64,000 nucleotides of DNA from Phoronis australis. Taxonomy: Eukaryota; Animalia; Phoronida. Positions 54,101 to 64,000 of the stretch are shown one piece after another. Numbering within the stretch: the stretch's first letter is position 1; every line of letters begins with the position of its first letter. The stretch lies in the NCBI GenBank assembly GCA_002633005.1, contig NMRA01000716.1, positions 48,596-112,595 of the forward strand, written 5' to 3'. The translations under genes were made by a program, and so were the position numbers. The notes beneath the pieces were generated by a model. The model was not told the DNA's origin, did no database searches, and was given only the letters and a program-made list of their open reading frames with translations.

Positions 54101-57100
54101 CACTGTGTCACAGTGGGGTTTTTGAAATGAGACTACACTGTACGTTCTTTATCCCCAACTGTGAATATCTCACCAAAAGTTTTAGTCACGCCTAAAGGGT
54201 TCTCAATCCGCTCCAATACTTTGAAAAATTTCAAGAGTTAAAGTCATATTCAAGGTCATCTTTGAAAACCTTTCTGTTGAATTGTGGTACAATCGTTTTT
54301 TAGATTGTTGATACGACGAGTTCGCTTCTTTAAACTTTCACGAAGTTTCATGCAATAGATGAAGCAGCGTTCACTGAATAGTTGAGTGATCACCCCAAAC
54401 GTAATTCATAGTAGAGATGGTGTCGACGCTTTTGACACGAGCTAATTGGCGGTACATGAGGATTAAATGACATTACTTCTACGCTATGAATTATGAAGTG
54501 GTACATAGTGCACTTGTACATGTATATGTTACTGGTTGTAATAGAGGGATAGTTTCATGGCAACTGATTTATGACTTTAAAAGACCCAAAACTTGTTTAA
54601 GTTAAGACCAAAGAGAAACGTCCAAAAACAACATTTCTTGATCCCAATATCGGTTCTTCGGTCATTAATGAGATAGAAAGTGAGTCAATTTGTGATACAT
54701 CAGAGCTTGATAGGTACGGTTTTTGTTTCACTTTGTGAATTCGCAAAACTTAACGAAACGATATATGGAATTCGTCATTAAGAATAATATTGCTATCTTG
54801 AAATTCATTTAGAGCCATAAGTACTATGGGAATCCTGTTTTCTTGAGAAGACTTCGGTATGATTGGACAAAATCATATCAGGTATGTCGTACTGCATTGC
54901 CTCTAAAGTACTTTGCCGGTTCTCGAATCGAGCACAGACGATTTCCAATTTATTTGTGGCCCTTACATGTGGATTATAAGATATTGAGAAATTTTTCAAC
55001 GAAAATTTTTCTTCAACTGATTGCATTAATTTTGTAAATTTTGGCCATTTATACAGAGTCTGATATTTAACCCAGCCTCGTAGCAGGCTAGTGTTCGGGC
55101 CGTAAACGTACACTGTATCTCACAGCAGATGCCGTTAGTGAAAAATAACTTCGATGCCAATAGTGTTGGTCGTGCCTTGTGCGTACGATCACAGTTTTTT
55201 GATTATTGAGCATACATAGAGTCCAAATCCGGACTTGTAAACGTTCAGACTTAAAGTTCGTCGTGAACCGTCGGTCTAACGAGTGGTACCCGATTTAGAC
55301 GGAGCTCAGAAACATTTTCTGCTTTGCACAAACCTTTATGTCTTCGATGCATGACTCAATTTTTCCTGTAAAATCAATCTCAGTTACACCGGCACATGCA
55401 GTTGAAACAGGCGACGTGAGGATAGCATTTTCACAGAATCTCTTTGCTTGATCATAAGTAGTGCCGCTAGCCGTCGGGAAGGTCATGGCCTGAAACGTTC
55501 ATGTCTATATCAAAAATGAACGTGTATTTTATTCATTTGCCATAGGGCAAACCGTTGATCCAGGCAGTTGGGTGCCACTTTGTTAGCGAAGCACAACACG
55601 TATTTAATCCCCAAACTCAGATTTGGCATTCAATTGTGTTTATTTGAAGCACCTGTTCTCTGTATTTCTTGAATAGTTTATTTTAATTCGCCGAATGTAA
55701 GGTAGGAGGATAGATTATGTCCTTAGCCAATAACCATTAAACGTTGGCATATTTGTGCACGCCCCGCAAATTCAAACGGCGGGAACTGGACAAATTCTCC
55801 TCTTTACAAGACAATTTGACGACGATAGTGGCATTTACCAAAGTTTTAGTTTGTGACGCCTACCTGTGGTAGAAAGTCAGGATCGTAGTCGACGTCAAGT
55901 TCATCTTCGTCTTCTACAAAATCGTGGAAGTCTGTGTTTCGTTTTCGACGGCATTTTTTCAGATGTCGCGCTGTGATGTCAGTACCCTGGCTTTGCCCTC
56001 ACACGGGTTTACGTACCCAGTCTCACTGCATTCAATGACATTTGAATCGCCACATTGGCAGTATTGATGACTCCCAAATCCTTCATAGGTGTCGTTTGGG
56101 TTGAATTGTCCAGAAAATAAACTGTTGTGTTGCTTAACTCTGCAAAAGAATTGAAAAAGAGGATAGTTTCGCCAAGGTAGGGTGGTTCTACTCTAAGGAA
56201 AGAGCCACTGGTCTAGTTGACCTAGGTTTAAAACTGAAGTAACATTAGACAATTGGAGGCATTTTCCTTGCTACATTAATATGATTCAGAAAACGTTTAA
56301 CCCAGCATGCAACAAAAAAAAACAGGGAAAACCGCCAGTCCAAATGAACCCAATGGCTCGTGAAGGATCTTCAGACGGAACTACCTGAACTCTCATATCC
56401 TTTCAATTCACTACCCCCCGCCTGCTTTGAGAACTTATTTCTGTGTATGGTATTGTCACCATTAGGATATGGCTCAGAGAAAACAATGTATCAGCGTCCA
56501 CGACATCTGTTGCTAGCTCTCTCTCTCTCTTGCACTTGTTAAGCGGTCATTTTGTTGGAAAGAGCCATTCAATGACGTACACGGACCATCATCTCTTTGA
56601 ACATTGCCTCGCAATCGACCCTGAACAAGGTAACCGAGCTCAAAAAATTACCTCCATCTTTCCGTGAACCTATTCTTAAGAGCAGAACCGTCCAGAATTA
56701 ATCCACGGCGTGTCTTGCATACTTTATCCTTAGAGTCGTCATATCGATTTCCGTTGTAAGTGTACGTTAAATCGTCGTAACAGTTGCCGTTGAAAAAACC
56801 ACACAGTCCTTCCGTGTTCTTATAATCGGCGAGTGACGGTGTTATGTAGATATTCATGTATGTTCCCCGAAGACCATTGGCTTCGACTACCGTACCAGTA
56901 GGAAGATGAATCTGAATAAAGACAGTTGACCTACATGCAAATGTAGGATAAGGCACCATGTAAACTGTCTTTTTAGCCCAATGATAACGTGAGGATTGTC
57001 ATTTTAAAATAGCAATTGTGATGTAAACTGCGTGTACGAGCAAAGATGCAATGGTCAGGTTGAGTCAGCAAAACAAATGGTTGAGGTAAACATAGAGCAC

Positions 57101-60100
57101 TGTAACTTTTCACGTACCTCTACTGCGTCTCCCCCGTTTTTTCGAAAAAGTCTGGTACCCCTGCCAAACGGGTAACAATGTCCCTTCTGTGAAATTCTCA
57201 GTCGTTGTCGCCGTTGGGAACCACCTCCAAAACGATAAGCTCCGCCATGTGTTTTTCTCTTGCAGCTTTCAATGACAATTACATCAGTCGCAGACCTGAC
57301 AGCAACTCCGCAGTTGCATGCTGTTTGATCTCCACGGTAACCGTAGCACGATTGAAACAAAGCGTGCACCTAAACGAGCAATAATACATTCAAACACCTA
57401 GTGCTGCATTTGTTAAAGATACTACGTTTGCTTTGCAGTCTCTAATCTGGAACACATGAGGAATTTGTCGATCGAAGGATATCACCAAAATAAAAAACAC
57501 TGTAACTCTCAGCACTGCTTGTGTTTTCATCAAACTTATATCTTAAAAGGTAACTCTTCACCCATACACGAAAGTTCGTGATCAGAAGACGTTAAGCCTG
57601 TTCAGATGGACGGTGTCATACGTGTACTTACTTGAAATCCCGCTCCCTTCTAGAAGAACGGTTGAACGGTTGAAGTGGCGGGACAATCGACAGGCTCGCC
57701 TTATCCACCGATTGCAACGGTACCACGTCCACCGCTTTCAACGCTACTGCTGATCGCATCTCGTGAGGACACAGCGAGAAGCTTCAATTGTCCCGCTATT
57801 GCAACCATTCAATCACTCGTATAGAAAGGAGCAGGACGCTCCCAAGAGTTTAGGGGCTTTTTAGTACATGTAAGTATGATAAGTTCAGCTAAAGAGGTTT
57901 AATTTTCTGATTGTAAATACTTTTATAATTAAAATTTCTTTAGAAAGTGTTTGGGTTTCCGCGGACACGGCAGTAGTTAAGTGAGTACCCATACATGTAA
58001 TACATAGGTCATCTGTCGTGGTGTACCATCAAAAGAAAAATTATACTATAATGTCATATTAGATTCAATTAAGTTTGAAAATGTTTAGAGTTATGCTGAG
58101 TGAGCATTATTTAGGTTTAAGATTCAAAGGATCTAACCTGCATTAAAATCCGTTTATAACTACAGGGAAGTGGGAATAGCATCTTTAATAGAAAAATTAA
58201 TTTCTAAAACAAATGGACACATAGGAGGTTAGAAAGAACAGTGATTAAATATCAGGAGCTGTAGTTGCCACAAAAACTTCATATGAAGTGCAGAAGTTTC
58301 ATCAAAGGGAAAATATGACGGCGTGCACGTAAAAGTTTAATTGCTTAACACTGCAAGTTCCTGTTCAACTAAGACATTTTTGGTGTTTCAGGCAGTGACG
58401 CATTTTTGCGTGCAACACTCGTTAAACACCATCGTAGACACATACCTCAAAAGGAAACGTCTTGTGTTTGTACATAATAAACTCTCCACGCATATGACTT
58501 TCGAATCGACTGAAAATAAAAACTTGATCCGTTCACTGAAATTCATGCGTGAAGATGGGCAAAAGGGTGTTGTTCAAAGTTGTTTAAAGTTGTTCATTTA
58601 AATTTTAATGAGTTGGCTCCCCTTTAACAGGTAGAGGTCGTTACGGGAGTTCAGCAGTCTTATTAAAAACTAATTCCCAGGCTTAATTAAGAACTGTGGT
58701 CTTACGCTTCGCATAACTATAGCTGATCATAGGATGTATGCATAACTATTACTGAAATAATTAGTGTAAATTATTTCTAGTCTGCTATGTGCTTATTATT
58801 AAGCGATTAAAGCTTTATCCAGTTGTTGTGAAATGGAAGTGTGGGACCAATGTTACGATTTAAAAGTCACTTTGAAGACATTTTCATGAAGTTCTTAAAC
58901 AAGATTCAAATTCTAACTGCTGTACATCTTTAGCAATTTTTTCAATGGTTGATCGTCTGATTTTATCCATGATTTCCCACAAAAAAGTTGGTCGCATTAA
59001 CTGCGTATGAATCACTACGCCTATTCAACCTAAGGCAGTTGTTTGGTTTGAAATCAGGAAGTCGTCAACGAGAACCGATCAAATGTCTTAGGTGGTTTAT
59101 CCGGTTCAATCGGCGCAACGAATAAAGTGCAACCATTGTCTTCCAATTATGTTTGGTTCAGTATTCAGTTAACAATTCTCAAAACATATATTCCAAAGCG
59201 GTCATTGGTTTCATATCCTTTACGTAGGGCCTACTCACTGTCCATCAAACGTCACCATATGAGGGTCATTCTGGGAAGAGCACATGCGATTCCTTGTGTC
59301 CTTATGGTCGCGGTCTAAAATTTTAACCTAAAAGGGTAATATAATTATAATATTCATCACCATCCCTATTACGACCATTAAGTGTAATGTTATTACTGTT
59401 ATTATCAACATTCCAATAATTAGCCTATATTAGTTTCATTGGTCGAGATATCTGCGTCTTAATGAGTAGGCTATTGCGGATTTACCCCCCCCCCCTCATT
59501 CTTATTGACAGCGGCTTCAGCCAGGTTCCCGTTTTAGAAACGAACCATTGCTATTTAGATGTATATTTCTTCATTACTCCTTGGTTGTCGTTTTCCACAA
59601 AACAAAAATTCAATCTGGTATCATGACTCAAATTTTTGTATCCGTCGCATGTGAATGAGAACGTTTGAATTTTTACTGACTACAAATTGCACTACTCGTA
59701 GAATCGGTAGCCAATCACAAAATCTAGTGAAATAGCGATACTGAATAACACACTGTAACTACCTTACAATGCAAGCCACTGACTTTAGGCGTGAGCGCTC
59801 AGCCACCCTTTCGAAGTATCATAAACCAGTATATATACGACTTCTCGGTGCGTACATGTACACCTGATCTGCGTTTTCTACTTAAGTGAAATGCTAAAGT
59901 TTCCCGAGTAGACTTGCAAATTACTGGTTAACTCCAGTAAAGCTGCCGCCAATGAATGATTGGTCGGTGTGCCTGAAATGTCGTGTTGTGGAATACAACG
60001 GTATTACACCAATAAATCACAATTTCTCGGTGAAAGTGTCTCTCGAGCGTTTAGCGTGGTATACCATATTTTGTGCATATAACGTTGTAACAGTTACGAA

Positions 60101-60345
60101 TTGTTTTTAAAACTTTCCACTTTTGCATGAGGAGCAATGACTTCATGACGTAAATGAAAACCAAATGTTACTTAAGAAAACTTAAATTACACTTTTGAGA
60201 CTTCATCTTCTGGCATTAATAGCAGGTTGGTATAAACCGACTTCTACAGACTTTCTACATTCAGAATATATATATATATATATGTATATATACACACACA
60301 TATAAACATGTATATATACATATATATACATATAAACATGTATAT

Positions 60346-60376
<31 letters not shown>

Positions 60377-60422
60377 CATATAAACATGTATATATATATA
60401 CATGTTTATATGTATATTATAC

Positions 60423-60456
<34 letters not shown>

Positions 60457-63400
60457 TTTTACTGAGTTCAATTATACAGTTTTGTACTTATTTGGCTAGA
60501 TACTCCGACAAGTCATTAAGGTCCTACACACCTTTAAGACTCAAGTTCGGGCTCAATTTAAGTCAAATCACGGGCGAGAACTGGTACTTAAGTATCAATG
60601 CAGATTTAAACCAATGCCGTCCGCCCAAAATGAACATACTTTCCGTTACAAATGCTTCTCAATTTGTTCCACACTCAAGTTTGAAATGATTTCCAAGTGG
60701 AACTGACTGCGGATTGCTTCCTTGGTCACCAGTGCTTAATTAACATATAGCCAGGATTTTGAGTGAAGACTTAACTGACCAATCAGAACGCAGCACTTTT
60801 GTTACACCTTGGTTTCCAGGTCTCCATTTTACCCGACTAACAACACTTTGCCGGGTAAAACTTATTGTTTATTTGTCGACTTTTTGCAAGGGGGCTGGAG
60901 CTTGCCATAGGTCAATTGAACTGCCTTCCAGATAGCAAGGGTCCTAGCACAAATTGAGACCAGCTTTGCAACGGAAAATGTTGGTTTACAGCGGGACAAT
61001 TTAAGTACCTCGATATCTTCAACTACATATTTACTCCAAGCAGCGTGGTTAACGACATTGTCTCGGGTACCTAATTTGACAATGTGCTTCCTCGATGGAG
61101 CAAACTGGTTGTCAATGGACGCCCTGATTTCAAACTGAAACGCTCCGTGCTTGTCTTTGTCCCATAAATAATCTTCTCTGCCTTGATGGTTTTCCAGATA
61201 ACGCTTTTGCCTGCAACTGTCAGTTGCTGTGACGGGCACAGGTTGAAATCCGTTGACGCAGATGTGTTCCTCCTCAGGCATAACGTGCAACTCAAAGTCG
61301 ATGTAACATATCCCGTAATCACGAGGCCAGTTACAACCGACATCCAGCATTGGAATGGTCGACGCTAATGACACGTTCACACTACTGCCTTCCTCAACCA
61401 ATATGTGTTTGTTCTTGACCTGAGGCAAAAATGTCACATCACAGCCTTGCGCTTGTCATTGCCAAGGACACTTTAGATAAATAATAACACCTTGCGCATT
61501 TTGCTTTTTACCAATTAAGCAAGAATTGTTAAGGGGACGGAAGGGTGGAGAGTTCAGCAGCAATTTTTGAAGGAAATGTCCTCACAAGTCCTAAATTGGT
61601 TTCGACGTGTTCGCAGAGTGAGGAAACATGGCCGTGCCTAGCACGTCAAGATCAGGTTCGCACTAGCGTCAATTGCGCTCAAATAATCTATCAACATGCG
61701 ACCACGTCATTTGAGAGATTTCAACCAAACCACTAACACACAGCTACATGTAGACACTTCAAACTGGGCCCTTAAAGTTTGTCCGTGTGTTCTGTAGGCA
61801 TATTTTAGAACATCACTAGTGAAATTAACATTACTGAATCTCTACAAACAAAGGCGTTATTTTGAAAATGGTTGATATTTCGTATTCTTGGAATAAATTG
61901 AATAATTATAGAGAGAAAACATTTTGATCTCACCATTGTGTTGAGATGTTAATCTGTTATGCCCGTTGGAGGATGTGTTTGTCTTGACAAGAGGGCGACA
62001 CCATCAAGAAAATGCACGATGGCATCAAAATCGACAAATAAAAAATCGGCTATAGAGTGAGGAATACCTTTATACATGATAACTGAATTGTTTAGTTTAC
62101 AGCAGAATAACCAGTTACTAGGAAATTTTAGCGAGTATGACAGCTTGGTGATTGCTGCTCAAGCGCCCGTCATTTGGCCACTCGTGCATAGTGCAGGATT
62201 GTTGTAATCTGTACCTCTATTCCTGTCCAAAACTTGTCACTGGACACCCACTGCTGCGGCAATCCTGTTTTATTGTAGTGCGCCAGTATTGTGCAATGAA
62301 CCTGGAACGATCACACGTCATATGACGTCACATCACTAGCAATTACGCATGGCATGAGAGATGATAAAAAACTCGAATGGTAAGTTTTGCAACTCCCTAT
62401 ATTATATCCGTTAGACCACCGACGAATGTTTCTTGAACCACTGGAGCGTCTTTGCGTGATTATAATAACGGCCACTCTTTCCATCCCATCATTTCATCAG
62501 TCTAGAACAAAGAGAGGGATTCACCTACATGTATACGACACAGCACTGAAACAGGTAACTTTCATTAAATACAGAACTTCATGCAGTTTCGTTTTCAATG
62601 GGAATTCTTAAACTATGAAGTTCAATGTTGTTCAGTTGTGGCCGCCATTCTGTTTAATGAGCATCATTATCCAAGTTGGTTTGTTGTGTCCTTTCATACA
62701 GCTTTAAATAATTCAGACGACGTCGAAAATCGACAAGACTGCGATTAAATATTCATTTATTTTTAACCAGAAACCATTTGAATTATGGCTAAACAAGGAC
62801 AAAATCTCGATAAATGCTGCTTCACCCACGTTATCTAACTTGTGACAACTTATTTTGCAAGACTATTGCATAAATACACGATTAGCGGCTGGGCGCAATA
62901 CTGTCACAATAAACTCCGACAAAACGCTATTTTATAGCGCCAAAGGTTCAACCACGTTGTTAATAAATTCTGGTGTGATGTCAAAGTTTGGCCTAGCTTG
63001 ATTTGAAAACCATTTTATATCTCGGGAAAATATTTTTACCAAGATCACACGATTCGTTATACACGTTTCCCTTTGACGATAACACGTTCCAGAAGGAAAA
63101 GCATTGAACGCGCTCAATCTTTAAAGTTCGGTTATATTGTAAATGTTTGCTGCAAGATAGAAATTAACTTCCGACAACTGAAAATACAATATGTTTTAAG
63201 TATATATTCATCTGGACTGTAATCGTTGTTGAATGGGCCACTTACAAAAAACGGCAGATGAACCTTCGACTCTTTTTGGGATACCCACTGGTATTCGTGG
63301 AAGATTGAGACGTTTTCGTTATGTTGAAGTTTTTCAATGTCCATCAATTTTCCATTAATAAACCAATGTACGTCGAAAAACAACGAATCTGCGGAGTTAT

Positions 63401-63556
63401 TAGTGGGAATGGTGCATCGAAACTGAATCTCTTTCTTCCTTTTGCGCGTAAGGGAATATCTGGTTATGTTCTCTCTTCTGTCTTTTATAGGTGGATAAGT
63501 GGTTGGTCTTGTACCCACGTGCGCTGTTATCATTGGAAATTCGTCATAAACTATAC
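48184..63556 (-). CDS. VWDE: VWD/EGF-domain (VWDE-like) type-I membrane protein; 5' end outside the window; one frameshift. Exons 63556-63246, 62301-62215, 61419-61009, 59327-59239, 58509-58446, 57369-57118, 56911-56652, 56139-55864, 55489-55334, 53892-53652, 52741-52551, 52278-52009, 51209-51096, 49262-49151, 48769-48517, 48301-48184
   Basis: All introns GT-AG. VWD motifs [34 protein letters not shown]; [14 protein letters not shown]; CIEDIK; [30 protein letters not shown]; [10 protein letters not shown]; VSNDG...VYDSVC; [25 protein letters not shown] plus a short cytoplasmic tail. Phases match everywhere except a 1-nt deficit in exon 56139-55864. Confidence 0.88.
57629..57848. mobile_element. 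Palindromic MITE-like element in a VWDE intron
   Basis: About 50-nt imperfect inverted arms: GCTCCCTTCTAGAAGAACGGTTGAACGGTTGAAGTGGCGGGACAAT versus ATTGTCCCGCTATTGCAACCATTCAATCACTCGTATAGAAAGGAGC. Confidence 0.6.
60266..60455. repeat. TA-rich compound microsatellite with ACATGT interruptions
   Basis: Direct reading. Confidence 0.93.
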
Positions 63557-64000
63557 CTGGAATGTAATAGAAAGTGCGTGATTATAACGAGTCAAGAACA
63601 CGGTGTAAACATCACTGGAGTTCTATTTGATTATAAGTTTCACAGGTGTTTACCTGTAGGACAAAATAAATGTACATGCATCCTAATGCAACGTTGACAT
63701 GCCGTTCTATCAAAGAGGAATACGAAAGCATGCACGTTCGCCAGGCATTTCACGTATTCTATGTTGTACGGTCAAAAACGAGATGATAGGTTTACCTTTC
63801 CACCCCGAAATTTCTTCACTTCCGTGCTGTGATTCGCGGATAGGCTCCAGTTATCCATTATGGTTGCACTTGATTGGTCAGAATATCAGCCTTGTTAAAG
63901 TTAATGTTACGCTAACATATCACAGGACGCTTTTATGAACGCTCATAAAATGATTCACTTACGAACGCGATGCGCGCTCGAGGCTTCTGTTTGATTATCA

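Noticed and set aside
55988-56017. A 30-nt GT-AG mini-intron that might rescue the VWDE frameshift
   Set aside because: Its length is a multiple of three, so the frame is not corrected, and it is very short for a spliceosomal intron.
61529-61775. Possible TTAA-flanked MITE (TTAAGGG…CCCTTAA)
   Set aside because: The inverted match is only about 7 bp, too weak without other copies.

Overview
Eukaryotic, AT-rich, intron-rich genomic DNA, most consistent with a marine invertebrate (taxon cannot be fixed from sequence). It contains (i) the last six exons of one CLCA (calcium-activated chloride channel regulator) gene and a complete 15-coding-exon, 947-aa tandem paralog, both on +; (ii) the 3' 16 exons of a convergent VWD/EGF (VWDE-like) type-I membrane protein gene on -, with a single 1-nt frameshift; and (iii) many mobile elements. 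These include a very young 1.9-kb Gypsy-type LTR element (identical 80-bp LTRs, RT-less Gag-integrase fusion) in the first CLCA 3' UTR, a head-to-tail trimer of a Helentron-type non-autonomous element, a decayed Academ transposon, a decayed LINE with a nested 5-bp-TSD MITE, and Penelope, Gypsy, THAP and SINE fragments. The most notable observations are the mini Gag-IN LTR element, paralog-specific changes in the CLCA membrane anchor and presumed self-cleavage loop, an inverted copy of a VWDE exon fused to a Penelope RT fragment, a gene-conversion tract and a GC-AG intron. All gene models were assembled by hand from splice signals and phase continuity; no database search was possible.
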